DNA of 62,753 bases, filler included, from Rhabdomonas costata (GCA_019059605.1; 43 parts of 43 records of this genome joined end to end with filler, not necessarily neighbours in it); one strand, 5' to 3'. Shown: positions 36,171 through 50,624, counted from the first letter of the whole stretch. Translations and numbers: made by a program. Notes: generated by a model from the letters alone, not told the origin.

Positions 36171-38320
36171 CTTGATTGACAAAATCAACCAGTAACCGAT
36201 ACTGGAAGGCTGTTGAAATAATTACTAATTATATCACTATAATAGATTCAGAACTTAATATGACTTTTAGTGCGTCCATTAATGACACATTAGATTTAAT
36301 TTGAACTTTTATTCGAGTTCATATCACAATTTTGTTAACCTCAGTTTACAAACTATTAATACACAATCAATAAAAATAGCGTATTTTGAATTTAAGTGCT
36401 AAAGAAGTTGTTTTCAAATTACACAATAGTGCAATGAAAATCATCAAATCACAGAACNNNNNNNNNNNNNNNNNNNNNNNNNNNNNNNNNNNNNNNNNNN
36501 NTTAATTAATTAANNNNNNNNNNNNNNNNNNNNNNNNNNNNNNNNNNNNNNNNNNNNGTGGGGTTTTTCGAGTCAAAACCTTATAAACCTTTGTCCTCTG
36601 GAAGTTCCCCTGGATTACTAATTTCATTCAATTTTTGAGATGAAAAATCGCAGGCTTGGAATGAGAGCTCCTCCTTTCAGCACACTTCGCCAGTATTGCT
36701 CCATTGCATTCTGCTTCTTTTATTTGCTACCGTGTCACTCGCTTACAAGAACTGAATTGTTCAATTTTGAGTTTGTGATCTAAAAAGCCCAAATGCTCCA
36801 GTATAGCCCACCTCTGAGCACTCTTCTGAGCAGGAAACCTTAGCAGAGCAAAAGCCCCACACACCACCATACCCAAATCCAAATGGTACTATTGCTTACA
36901 ATGAAGAGATGATGATGACAAAAAATAGTGAGTCTAAGTCTAATCATTTTAAAATGGCCTTTGACAAGTCGGGCACCAATCGGCAATCAATTCCAGACAC
37001 ACGTTCTTTGTCCAATGTCCCTGGTCCGTTGACAAGTTATGTCTTGCTTCGTTTCTTCTTCAAGAGTGGCAGGCAAGGAAAGCGAAAGCCAACTCAAAGT
37101 ATCATTCCCACGTCACAAGACCTGATTTGGCAGCAAAGTAGGCTGCTCGGCGCTCAGCTTTCCTTTTTTGACCCATCCAGACCCTGTCCAGTGCAGCGTC
37201 ATGCATCCGACACTGAAGCCACATTCCTCGTTTTTCGTCATTGGTTGCTGCGGTGTTGAGATAATGCTTGTTCTTCTTTCGCGAGCGTTGTCGCTGAGCT
37301 TTTGCGGAAAGGCTCATTGCGCACAACTGTAAAACAGAAAACGGCGCAAAATAAAACGCAAGACCCAAAAGACCTCTGACAAAACGAGAGCCGCAACACT
37401 TCCAAGAGTGAAAATGTTTTTTAAATTCGGAATTCGGAATGAAACTTGAATCAAACTTTCATTCTTTTTTGAAACCATTCAAACAAATTAGTGACGGAGA
37501 TCCGAGACTCATCTTCAAGCAGGTGTCTTTTGGGTGCTTTGCTTCTGGAAAAGCCATTGGGTTCCAACTCCGTTGCTTTGAGAAAAGGCCTCTTGAATCC
37601 ATGGCAGAGAGCGATCACTGCGGTCACGTGATGTCGACCTTTTTGTGTGCTGTCAAAAGCTGAGCAGGCGCGGGTAGGAATGTACCACGTTGCCCTTCAC
37701 GACACACACGGCACACTTCCGAGTGCCCCAGTTACCCCTCAACTCGCATCCCCTGTGTATTTCTTGGAATCAAATCTCGCAGGCGGTGTTTCGTAACAAA
37801 TTCCACCTTACTGGACCCTGCTACAACAAACCACCAAGGTACTGGTAACGGAGAACGAGGTGGCCGTGGGATAGAAGAAGCCCGCCCGCTTGTTGCCAGC
37901 AGACCCTTGCAGGCGTCANNNNNNNNNNNNNNNNNNNNNNNNNNNNNNNNNNNNNNNNNNNNTTAATTAATTAANNNNNNNNNNNNNNNNNNNNNNNNNN
38001 NNNNNNNNNNNNNNNNNNGGTTTTTGGGTAGCGGATGATTTCCCAGGTTAGAGAAGGTTAGAGATATGAAGGAATTTAGGCGTTTGGACAGACGAGGCTA
38101 CTCGGCAAGGGCCTCGCACATCGTAGTCTCTGGTGTGCTCCGCTTTGGATCTTGGAGACTCCCAGCGAAGAGCAGAAGGGGCATCTCACTTCTCTTCCAG
38201 ATTGGAGTGTTGGGTTCGATTGGCCCCTGGGGATTGCAAACCTCCCCATTCCCTTCCGCCCATCAGCAAAAAAAAATCCAGCCAAACCTCGCACGTAACC
38301 CTGCATCACGCGTCTTGCAG

Positions 38321-38485
38321 GAGAAGGCTCCGTCAGCCGCCAAGCGGGAAAGCCGGCGCCCACGGTGGGGGAGGTAGGGTACCGGTTGTGCGAGGCCTGT
38401 GGGCAGAAGAAGCCGCTCAGCTCCTTTGGGACTCCCCCTCAGTGGTGGACCTGCGGGGAGTGCTTCCAGAGGAGGAGGGTCACAA
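38321..38485 (+). CDS. C4 zinc-finger exon
   Basis: TTGCAG/GTAAG-bounded exon: ...YRLCEACGQKKPLSSFGTPPQWWTCGECFQRRR (CxxC...CxxC). A phase-compatible candidate upstream exon ends at 38132. Confidence 0.7.
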
Positions 38486-38507
38486 GTAAGGCATTGTTTT
38501 GCTGTCA

Positions 38508-39169
<662 letters not shown>

Positions 39170-39486
39170 CTGAGTAACGGGGGGGGGGGGAAGGCAACCG
39201 GAACGGTGCAATCCTTGTCGATTAGGAGCTCAGCAGATCGGCAGAACTGAAGATTAGTGCTCCATACCTCAACAATTCGGCCGGTCGCCTACCCTTACCT
39301 CCCCGTTTTCTTGGCAAGAAATCCGGCCTCTACTCGTGACTTGCCTTACAGAATCTCCAATCCAGGACCCCAACAAAACCNNNNNNNNNNNNNNNNNNNN
39401 NNNNNNNNNNNNNNNNNNNNNNNNTTAATTAATTAANNNNNNNNNNNNNNNNNNNNNNNNNNNNNNNNNNNNNNNNNNNNTGTGGT

Positions 39487-39558
39487 GGACAAGGAGTACA
39501 CCCAGGCCTCCATGGAGCTGTGAACTACTCCATGGAGGCCTGGGTGTACTCCTTGTCC
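39487..39558. repeat. Contig-terminal perfect hairpin (31 bp arms, 10 nt loop)
   Basis: 39487-39517 pairs with 39528-39558; the right arm is coding sequence. Confidence 0.95.
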
Positions 39559-40755
39559 GCCGCACCGCAGCCCTCTGTTCTGACCTTTGCCACCGTGGAT
39601 GACATGGAGTACTGGAGCTTTGTGGTTGGGGACCTCGCGTTCTTCTCCCTTGGTGGGAACAACGATGTCTTCCCGTTTGAGCAGCCCGGGTTCGTGGGTT
39701 GGCGGCATGTTGCGATGACTGTGGCGGATGGGGATATCCGCGGGTTTGTTTCTGTGAGACAAATACATCGCCATGGCACTGATGATGTTCGGGTTGCAGG
39801 GTGCGACTAACCAGCACACACACACATATATATACGCACACACACACATACACACGGTTTTTATGGGAAAGAAGCCACCGGTCGCTCTCCCTATCGGTCC
39901 CAAATTTCCCTTTGTTCATGGTGGTTTGCTATTTATAATCCGACAGTATGGTTTACAACCTCAGCAAAGTAACGTGTGCCACCTTGTGGTATTCAGATTG
40001 TTGGGTGGAGTGTCGGTTGCAAGTGGATACAGGTGTGCACAGAGGATCGCCCCTTCGGGACGTGCATGCCTCTCTAGTTCCAGACCCTCATTTACGGACA
40101 CGGCTTTCAACTGTGCAATGTGGAGTGAGTCTGTTTTGGTGGGCACCAGGGGGCCTTATGCCGTGCCACCCTTTGGGATGGTGGGGTGAGTGACGAAATG
40201 AGTTGCCTGATGCATCTCTCTCGCGCATTCGACATGATCCTCTTTGTGTTAGACCTTCCTTTAGATCTTTCTGTTATCAGTTATGAGTGTTTATTATTTA
40301 TTAGTGTTTTTCGTGTGCTTTCATTTTTACCACGGTTTGTATTCTATGACTTCTTTGCATGGTTTGGGTTCTGTTTGGTTTGCCTTTTGTTGATTTGAGC
40401 TCCATCCTTGGAGAATTATTGCGCACGTCGTGATGAGAAAGTATGTTTGGGCATGGCGTTCCAAGTTTCTCGCCATTTTTCCCGATCGTTAGCAATTTGA
40501 AATTTCCCGGTCTATCTAACCCTCTCTACCTCGCTCCATTCCTGTGCGGGATGCACCACCCACAAACTGAGCAGGGTACGTAACGTGCACCGCCGCAATC
40601 TGGCCTTTCACCAATGGTGTTTGCGGGCTTTTCTCGTTTTTTGTCATTTTTTGCCCGTGCCCCTAACTTTACAGGTACGTCAACGGTACCCTCATCGCGC
40701 AGTACAACTGGAGCGCTCCTGCCTTTCCAGACAGCGCCTTCTTCGTTGTATCGAA
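39520..40755 (+). CDS. LamG/concanavalin A-like jellyroll domain protein, two exons (partial)
   Basis: YSMEAWVY...GWRHVAMTVADGDIR (to 39743) splices in phase to GYVNGTLIAQ (40675-40755). A CTAAC branch-like motif lies at 40663. Confidence 0.85.
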
Positions 40756-40945
40756 GTACGTAACCACTTGGGACAACACCACCTTGCAGACCTCCACCAG
40801 TCTGAATCTTTGGGGGTAGCACTCTCCGATTCCACACCCCCCNNNNNNNNNNNNNNNNNNNNNNNNNNNNNNNNNNNNNNNNNNNNTTAATTAATTAANN
40901 NNNNNNNNNNNNNNNNNNNNNNNNNNNNNNNNNNNNNNNNNNGGG

Positions 40946-41009
40946 TGGTGGGTATCACGGTAATGTGGTGCATGCGCATGACGAACGCACATTACCGTGA
41001 TACCCACCA
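40946..41009. repeat. Contig-terminal inverted repeat (22 bp arms)
   Basis: 40946-40967 pairs with 40988-41009. Confidence 0.92.
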
Positions 41010-41210
41010 ATGTTTTGAAAAATCGGGGGTTGGCGTTACCGATCATAAACCCTGGCACTCGCTGCTCGCATCTGCTTTCCGACTGAGCTCAAGGACTTGA
41101 CACCCAACCTGAGCCTCAGCAATCGCAGTGGGACGAAATGGGGCGTCCATTGGGCTGGTGCTCAGAAACATCAGTAAAAAACATATTAAAGCAACAAAAC
41201 GAATCTGCAG

Positions 41211-42241
41211 GTTGACCACCCACTGCGCCAACCTGCAAATCCAGCGGAGCCTTCGAGTCGATCCAACCACACAGAGGGGAGCGTTTTTTCTCTGGATGGC
41301 AGAGTGCAGCTCCGTCGTGAGCTCCAGCCCCAGGCACGGTCAGTAGCGCACACATTGCCTCCCACTGCCCCGCTTGCCCACACGCTAGGGCCACTCGGCG
41401 TTGCGAACAGCAGGAGGACGGCCCCTGCAAAAAGCAGAGGCTCACAAAGGCTGATGGAGGTAAAAGCATTCCCGCCGCCGATTATCTCCAAAACCATCTT
41501 TGATTATGAGCCCTACTGCACCCACAACAGGCCATCTTAAACAAAGCTATCTACCAAAACAGCGATTCAGAGACAAGGCGGCTTGTCCAATGGGCCCCGT
41601 TAACTTTTCCTCGAAGCTTGAATCGAAACCCGGAAAAGAAACACTCTTCAACCCGGGAAAGAAGACAGTCCAAAACAACAGGTTTACCGGAATCAACACC
41701 CTTTCAGCCAAAACGCGCACACAAGCGCACACTCAGCACCGCCAGACTGGCACTCCCGTCGCGGAGCGCAGCAACTGCCTCCACGCGCATGGCCTTCGTC
41801 CCGTAGTTCATCGGAGTGCACCCGCAGGCATCCTATCAAGACACCGGGAAACCACAAATGACTCCGCCAAGTGAGTGAAAAATGTGCGTCTCTTCCCCAA
41901 GGCGTAGCACAGCGCCGTCTTCCCCACAAAATCCTGCAGTGGGAGAGATCATTCATAGAGATGCAGATGTACCAGGCGGACCGCAGTGCGGTCCTCATCG
42001 GGGGGTGTCATGGGGTGTTGGCATTCAGGATTCATTGCCAATTTCTGAAATTCTCCACAAAAGGAAGGATAGCATAAATAGGTGCGCAGCAAAACGCGCC
42101 CTGCTAATAACTTTGGCTCCAAGCGTCAGCAAGGCAGAGGTAAACTTCGGCCTCTGGTGCTTCACAACCTCGTGCAACGGAGAGGTGCCCCCCGTGGCGG
42201 GGTTAAGGACGTAGCTGGGCAAGGGACTCCCTGAGATCCTC
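41211..42241 (-). CDS. Ankyrin-repeat protein, about three exons (partial)
   Basis: GGTSPLHEVVKHQRPKFTSALLTLGAK (~42241-42111), DACGCTPMNYGTKAMRVEAVAALRDGSA (~41832-41740) and AGQWEAMCALLTVPGA (~41424-41211). Borders are approximate. Confidence 0.7.
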
Positions 42242-43906
42242 CTGCAGCGATGCACCCTATGCGAAGTAACAGAGGTCAACAAGATCAAAGACACCCCCCC
42301 ACCCNNNNNNNNNNNNNNNNNNNNNNNNNNNNNNNNNNNNNNNNNNNNTTAATTAATTAANNNNNNNNNNNNNNNNNNNNNNNNNNNNNNNNNNNNNNNN
42401 NNNNCAGCAGCTCCACCTCTCGGACCAGGCGGATCAACGGGGCTGTGAAGAACCTCATCAGGAGGCTGGTCAGCAAGGCCGTGCTGCCACGAAGAGTACG
42501 CAACAGTAATTGGATCGTGGGGATCAGCGAGGAGAGGGAAGAATAAAACTTCAATGAACCAAAAAATCTGAAAACTTTCGGATGATATCACTTCCATGCA
42601 CAAGCATTGTGTCCTCTCTCTGAGAAGAGGTATTCCTTTACATGAAGAGATTTTTCTCTTCATGTAGTCAAGTCAGCGGTTGCACACACACGGGGTTCAA
42701 GAAAACTGAGACACAGTCGGTCATGGCTGATCCTTTTCGCAAGTAAGGCAGTGGGCATCCGTAGAACAAACAAATTTTTTTTTTGCAAGGGTTAAAGGTA
42801 TGCAGTCCGGAACCCAAGTACCTAGGAACTTCAGTTGACCATCACTACGCTTTAGCTAGATAAACGTCTTCATGGGTTTCTTCGCCCTGAAACCAAAAAA
42901 CTCGTTGCAAAATTCTTGCTATACATGACTTTCAGGGTGGTTTGTCGCGCGTTTCATCTCATAAGTGAGAATTTGCGACGCAGGCAACAAAAAAAAGCGA
43001 AACCTAAGAAGACAAATGCACACCGTATGCGCATCCTCTTTCACAAATCATCGCAGACAACAACACCAGCATATAAAGTTTAGGCAAAAATATCAGAAAC
43101 CTTCTTTTCGAAAACTACGGCACTCCATTGACCTCACGTTCACAAAATTACATGCGAGGGCACACATACACAATACGTACAGAAAATGCGATTTCCCCCC
43201 GCCAAGTCTCAGTAAGTAAAAATTGTGGGTTTTCGGAAACACTCCCACCTCTCAGTTTCGAGGTGAAACAAACAATAACCTCTCTACTGCTATCCCGACA
43301 GCCGGCGCACGACCCCGTCACGAGGGCAAGGGGTGGGACCATACCCAAGGGTGACCAGAACCACCAGCCCCACGGTCAGCGGAAGACCATTGTTCACCAT
43401 GGAGTTCCACGAGTCGGCATTGGTGCCCACCACCATGACCCACTGTAAGCCCTAAAAAAAAAGCAGAAACCGATGAACGCAGGGCGACAACTCGGAGGAA
43501 ATCACTCGGTGGCGATCTCAGTTTTACTCCGCATCTCTGGACATGCATTTGAGCCGAAACGTCGGCTCAGAGCACGAAATAGAAGATTCCCGTAAGTTAA
43601 AATTCAGACAAGAATGTGACTGCTTCACAACAAGAGATTCGGCGAAAAAGAAAAGCAAGAAGTTCTTAAGAAAAGACATACACCTGGATGTTTACTCGGC
43701 GGGCATCCACCATATATCCCCCGATAGTTCCAGCGCTGACTTGCTGGCTCGTGACCAAAAAACNNNNNNNNNNNNNNNNNNNNNNNNNNNNNNNNNNNNN
43801 NNNNNNNTTAATTAATTAANNNNNNNNNNNNNNNNNNNNNNNNNNNNNNNNNNNNNNNNNNNNGTTTTGTTTGCGGTCTGCGATTTTTTGGGGGGTGCCT
43901 CTTAAG

Positions 43907-44213
43907 ATTGTTCCCTGGAAACACATCCCGTCGATGTGGGAGCTGACCCCGCCGGACCTCCCTGCTGCAGCACATGCGGGAGGTTGGGCTGCGCGTTGCC
44001 TGCCGGCTGCTGCCCGGAGTGGAGCCCTCTCAGGTCCGCCTGGGCTTCCACAGCCTGCCCTCAGTGCCCCACCTGCACCTGCACTGCCTGGTGCTGCCTC
44101 TGGCTGGGCCGACCAGCGCGCTGAAGCACGACCCGCGGGTGTCGCCAATCTTCGTGCCCCTTGAGGAGGTGGTGCGGTACCTTCAGGCCCTGCCGGAGCA
44201 TGACAGTAGATGA
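43907..44213 (+). CDS. HIT-family hydrolase (HINT3/aprataxin-like), terminal exon, frameshift at ~43961
   Basis: IVPWKHIPSMWELTPPDL in one frame and LLQHMREVG...RLGFHSLPSVPHLHLHCL...* in the next. GFHxxPSxxHLHLH is the histidine-triad motif. Confidence 0.9.
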
Positions 44214-47200
44214 CGCTGTGAGGCCGGAAGTGGCGGAATTGATTTCGCAGATCACCAGGACCCTCCGCGATGCTTCTCTACTCTTGTTATGTGATGGCCT
44301 ATCATCGTAGCCTGAAGCTTCTTGCTTTTTCTGGGGCGGACCGAGTGTCCCCCCAATCTAAATTTTGGATATTGGAACCTGTTTTTGGGCGGAAGAGACA
44401 GACAGATCTTGTTGCACAGAGTGCAGGGGTGGGGGTTTGAGGGTGGATGGCTGTGCGTTCTCCACATTTAGGTATCTTCTTGTTTCGGTTCTGCGGGCAG
44501 TTTCGCTGGAATTTGGAAAGCACGGCGAAAAGTTTTTGCTTTTCTGGCGGACCTTGTGCTGTTATCCTGACCCCAGGGCACAGTGGATTGTCTCGCCGTG
44601 CCCTGATCACGTCCTGTGCTGTAGATTCACTTCCAAAAAAAATGATCGGCTGAACCTTTTCCCACGGAGATGATTCCCTTTGCCGCTGTTGAACCTCGAC
44701 GGAGTGGCAGTTTTTTGTTGCCGGGTTTGATCCACCGTACCAGAGCAGTGAGCAGGTGTGGGTCTGTGGGGAAACCAACGCGTTGAGGACCTCAGTATTC
44801 AGGAAACAGGGGTGCACCACATTTCTAACCGGTGCGCGCGTGCACGTCCGGGGTCGGAACCTTTGCTCCCCCACTCCATACCCCTCCCCTTTGGCCCGAG
44901 CCGTGTCAAAAAGTGAGAGTTGGAGCAGATTTGGAATCTTTTACCTGCGAGGATGATCATTGCTTCTCTGGGGTTTTGAAGTCGTTCCAATTTGACATAA
45001 CGGGCGGATGCCGTGGACCGCTTGCTTCGAACGGTGCCTGTGAACCGTGCTTTGGGATACTGCCACACGGTAATTCATCCTGTGTTGCGATGGTATTGAA
45101 GTTTGTGGTATGTCCGAGCTAAAAAAAAATGCGCTTGCTGACTGGTCAAAATACCTGCGTCCAAAATGGACGACATCACATCAGCGATGGAGCATTGCCA
45201 TCCGCAGCAATGAAGAACCAACCCANNNNNNNNNNNNNNNNNNNNNNNNNNNNNNNNNNNNNNNNNNNNTTAATTAATTAANNNNNNNNNNNNNNNNNNN
45301 NNNNNNNNNNNNNNNNNNNNNNNNNCTTTGTCGTTTGCCGTTGAGCCCAGACCGTTTGCTTCTCAGGTTCCTTGCTTTCGTATACCGGCTTCTGCCACCA
45401 CGTTCGCCGTAACGGCGCTGATCTGGTGACTGGTTTCGCCCGCTTCCACCCTGTGGTTTTTTAGGGTTCCGCTGGTCATGCGCCGATGGGTGTGGTGTTC
45501 GGGTTCAGCGTCGGCGGTCACCGCGGTGTCTTCTCGGCCCGCTTGAGACTTGTTTTAATGTGCTTTGAACCCTTTTTCACTTTTGTTCGTGGTGTGGACC
45601 AGGCGCCCGACAACATATGGCTGGATGGAGCGACTGATCGTATTCATTGCAAACCTTTTCAAAAAATCACAAAACGTGCTACTTTTGAAACGTATGGCTG
45701 ACCTCGCTTCGTATTAATTTACAACAAACTGCCAAGTTACCTACCAGCGACTCGTGGCTCCAGAAAAATTTCCGCAGGCATTCAGCAAGTGGCGCATTGA
45801 TCACAGAACTAAATCCATGCTCTAAGCCTTCGAAGGCATGGTCAGGAAAGTGGCCATCAGGCTCACACGCAACCACATCCATACACCGGCAAAAGCAGCT
45901 TCTCTTGGTGCCGTTTCTTGGGGAGGAAGAAGGAAGATGAGAGTGGTGAATGAAAAGTCATCCAAAAACTGAACTTTATCTCCCTCGGGGCCATGCACCG
46001 AACACCCGAGGACAGGGAAAAAAAACAACAAAGCGAAGCCCCAAAGAAAGAAAACCAAGCTACTCCAACTTCTTCTCATCCTTTTTTTTCACGGCAAGAC
46101 CTGCTCATAGCGTCTGTACACACGGGTAAACAAAATAAGCCGGGGACCAATCCGCACCGCATGTGTGCAGACTTCCAGAGGAAACACACACACATAGAAG
46201 AGAGAAGCAAAGCTGGTAAGGGTTTGCCCTCAAAGAGCGCGGGGTTCGGCCAACATGAAAATTCTCTGGGGGTTGCAACCTCTCCCCGCGAGGGGGTGAG
46301 GCTGTTGGGAGGAACGTGGACGGGGTACAAGCAGCACCTTTGGCGCACGACTGTGCTTTCTTTCAGCCGCCAATCAGATCGACAGAAAGGCGGAGGAAGG
46401 GAATGGTAGAGGGGTGAGGACGGGAAGGTGGTCGGAGGCGGTTGCGAGGAGGGAGGGAGCATGGGGATGGGGGATCCAGGACGAGCCACGGTGGAGCTAG
46501 GCGTGCACAGGAAGAACACTATATACTTCCTTGTGGACAATGGTCTGCAGAAGAATGCGCAAGAGCAGTTCTGTTGACACACACACACTCGCCCAAAGGC
46601 GCACAAAGCACAGACACACGCATGCCCGCACGCACGCACGCACGCACGCACGCACGAACGCACACACACACACACGTAAAACACACCNNNNNNNNNNNNN
46701 NNNNNNNNNNNNNNNNNNNNNNNNNNNNNNNTTAATTAATTAANNNNNNNNNNNNNNNNNNNNNNNNNNNNNNNNNNNNNNNNNNNNGTTTTTGGGTACC
46801 TGAAAGCAAGAAAGCCCTCCCGTTGAGATATTTTGAACGGAACGGATCAGAGATGGCTCAGCAACGAAAGTTAAGTGAAGAAAAGAGCGAAAAAAAAAGT
46901 GGTTTATGGAGGGACAGGTCCAATTAAACCCCCCTTCAACATTGAGAGATGGAAAACGGGGGATCTTAAAATGAGGAGCGAAAGCGTTCCAAGCGCACGG
47001 ACAAGGACCTCATCGGCAACCGCAGACACAAAGAAACGAGCGGAGATCGCAAGAGTACTTACGAGCGTTGTTCTTTGCCCCACTCATATCGTGATGCTTG
47101 CCGCAGAAAACCCTATTTTTTTCGGAGCTGAGCATAATTAGGCGTCCGAGGGTCCATAGAAGCGCGATGACAAGCGTACTTTTAGGAAGGAAGACCAGAG

Positions 47201-47900
47201 AACGCCACACCGCCGTTACTTGGGCTACATATACCTATAAAGACGGACGAGTGGTTTTAGACGTGCGGAGCTTCAAGCTGTACAGTTTTAGTGCCATCAC
47301 CTGCAACAGGCTCGCAACATGGCATTAGAGGTTTTGGTTTTTGTTATTTTGAAAAGCAATGCATGATACGGGATACCGTACATTTCATAACCTCTGAATT
47401 GTTCCGCAGGATTCAAAAAAGCTGGATGAGGCATGTGGACAATTCAGTGGTCCTATGTCCTCCGCAGACCAGGTCTATCTTTCTTGGATATATGGGTTAC
47501 ACTCCGCATGGGACCGCTTGCGGCAGTCAACAGTTTCTGTTTCGCTGCCTTTTGGCCGGAAACCAGACCGCGCGGATGATGAAGCATGTTCCCTCGTAAT
47601 GGGCCAGTTACGTGTCGAGACCACACCCCCAGTTGCAGTGGTGCCAGCGTACGCGTACACGTATCAAAACTTTTGCAGCCATTGCCCTATGCAACTTTGG
47701 CAAAAGCACAAAAAGCATGTGGCTGCATCGCTTAATTCAATTCAAATTTTATTTCATTACAAAGTGCGGTACCTGAGACTATTATATCATGCCTTTTTGC
47801 CAGCTGCCCCTCCAAACGGCAAGATCCTGTAGAATGTGACTTGGCGAGTGGCAGCACATGGAAGAGAATTTAGTGGGAGAAAAATGGTGCATGGTAAGGA

Positions 47901-48145
47901 TGTGAGAGAAATTGATAGATTTTCTGGAGGAACTTGTGTAAGGAGCTTATTTGATCCAAAAGATGTTTTTGTGTGGAAAGAAGCAAATCCCTGACAAAGA
48001 TGCTTCATGAGAATGAACAGAGTGAGGCATTGTTTGGATATGAGAGACTGACTTATTTGTTCTGAGCTTCCACACAAAAACATCTTTTGGATCAAATAAG
48101 CTCCTTACACAAGTTCCTCCAGAAAATCTATCAATTTCTCTCACA
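47901..48145. repeat. Contig-terminal perfect inverted repeat (78 bp arms)
   Basis: 47901-47978 is the exact reverse complement of 48068-48145, which ends at the contig end. Confidence 0.95.
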
Positions 48146-49977
48146 CCCNNNNNNNNNNNNNNNNNNNNNNNNNNNNNNNNNNNNNNNNNNNNTTAATTAA
48201 TTAANNNNNNNNNNNNNNNNNNNNNNNNNNNNNNNNNNNNNNNNNNNNGGTTTGGGTTAGACTTTAAAGCTTTAAAGCGTTGTCCCGAAAGTGTTGGATG
48301 GCTTCTTTCTACACTTGTTTGTCGTTCTGGTTGCGCGTCGTATTTTCACGCACGGCCTTTTAGCCAACCGCAAGACACACTCATGGACAATAGTAGTTAT
48401 CTCTCCAGTGGCTTTGGCCCGGATCCTTTTTTATGCCTTGGTTTCTGCTTATTTCGCGAAGATTGTGGCCCCCAACGTGGGCAGTGGCCCCACACAAACC
48501 AGCTTGGGGTGCTCCAAGTGGGGGCTGCTGTTGGGTGTGGCCACTTCAAAGGCATCCACCACCCGTGTTCCTAGCTCCTTCGTGCCAAGCTTCTTAATTT
48601 TATGGCTGAAATGGAGATAACGTGGTGATAACTGAATGTCGAAGACGTGTATGAAAGCATCCCTTTTCTGTCGTGGTTGTTCTTTCGTCTCCGTACCCAT
48701 TTGTCTCCGTCAAGCGTGGGTACGTGAGGCGAGAAACGGAGCAGAAAAAAAGAAACGTCATCTCCGAAATAAAACCTGCACACAACAGTGTTAGTGCAGA
48801 GGTGTCATGCGCGTCCTTTTGTGAATGGGAGCGTGTGCTTCACACACTGCAAATCTCGCCAGCAGAAAGCCATTAAGTGGAGCTGGTGTGCGACGTTGGG
48901 CGACGTTGAGTCGGGGCGTGGTGCTAGAAGATGTTTGCTCGCGTCGCTCTGAGTCCCGCGAGCTTTTTAATCCACCAAAATTATTCGCTCCGTGTGCCCC
49001 GATTACCTTGTGTGCCTCCCGAGTGGACTCGGGTCTCCCAGAGGTTACCTCCTGTCCCTGTCCCTGTCGCAATTTTGGAAATCACCAGGCGCCGGGGCGG
49101 TTTCGCGGTTTTGTTTTAGGAGGAGGAGGCAGCCACATCCCTTCATCGGGCCCGCTCCTCACGGCTTTGCCACTGGAAGGTGCTTCTGTTGGACTTGCTT
49201 TATTTTGATTTCCTCTTCTTTGACTATCCTAGACTATCGCCAGCGGTATAGCGCGACAGTCTGAGCAAGCCCCTTTGACTTGCCTTCTGTTTGTTCTCAA
49301 GTTTTCAAGGCAGTGGTGTGGCGATGTTGAGGATCGCTCTGGCAATCCTCATCTCCCGCACCTAGGTATTCCAGCAAAGTGCATACCTCACAGGGGTGGG
49401 GGTGGGCGTGTCTTTCTTACATTCCTCGTAAATTAAACACTAACTACCATGTAACCACAATGATTCGGAAAAAAAACATAAACAGGAACGACCACTCACC
49501 GAACATCCCATCAAGTCTTCTCTGACGCCCACTGGTGGTCTGTTTTTTTTGTGCTGAATGGACTTCGGACCCTCACCGCACCCCACGCCACGCCACGCCA
49601 CGCCACCCCNNNNNNNNNNNNNNNNNNNNNNNNNNNNNNNNNNNNNNNNNNNNTTAATTAATTAANNNNNNNNNNNNNNNNNNNNNNNNNNNNNNNNNNN
49701 NNNNNNNNNCCTGGAATAGATGTTTCTACTAACCACTAAGACGTTTTTTGTATTTGGATAATATTTTCTTTAGAAAACTGCAGCAGCGAAATTGAAATTT
49801 GCACTTTCGATGGAGATTATAAGACTTGCAGTGTTAGAGCTTCAGCGGTTTACAACTGTATATATCATCGATTGATTTGTGATCGATTGGCTTTGGAAAT
49901 GGTGTTCCAAGAGTGGAAGAAGCACCGAAGATTATGATGTGGAGTATCTTGTATTTGCCCTCATCTTTCTGGTGCAG

Positions 49978-50624
49978 GAAAAACAAGAACTAGCGTGAGT
50001 ATTGTGGAGCAGTGGGTCCGGCAGTATGATGCCCGGGTGCTGGTCTCAGCCTTCTCCAACCAAGGAGTGGACATTCTTGCCCGAGGGTTGATTCGGTGTG
50101 GGCTTCGTATCGTTCGAGTGGGGCGAAGCACGGACCCAGTGGTGGATCAACACTCTTTGGCGGTGCACCTTCAGCGGCATCCCTTGTTGGGACGATCTTC
50201 CTCACAGGTGGGTGGATGCAGGAACAAGTCACCGTTTTTCATTTGACCATGTTAAAATAACCGGAATGTGGACAGACGTATAATGTGACGTACTGTGCTC
50301 ACTGAAAAAGCTTACTTGTCTTATCGTCTTATCGGGGCCACTGTTTTTACGTCGCCATCCTTATGTTTTTTGTTCGCTTCAATCTCGATTCAGCGATCCG
50401 AATGGCAATGTTTGCACAACTGCGGTGATCATGATTTTAATCATGATGTAACCTACAGAATCTATACCCTTAGTGTTTGTACTGCTTTGCTTTCTGCGGT
50501 GACCTGCCTGCCCATGATGTAGAACGGGTACGCGTGTTTCCCCAGTTGGGCTCCTGCCAGCCCCGTTTCTTAAAATGAGTTTTAGCCGTCTTCTTGCAGC
50601 AATTCGCTTGCTTGCACTTGCGTT

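Noticed and set aside
36176..36373. AT-rich 65-codon frame open if TGA=Trp (mitochondrial gene fragment?)
   Set aside because: It does not resemble any mitochondrial protein I recognise, and a frame this long can occur by chance.
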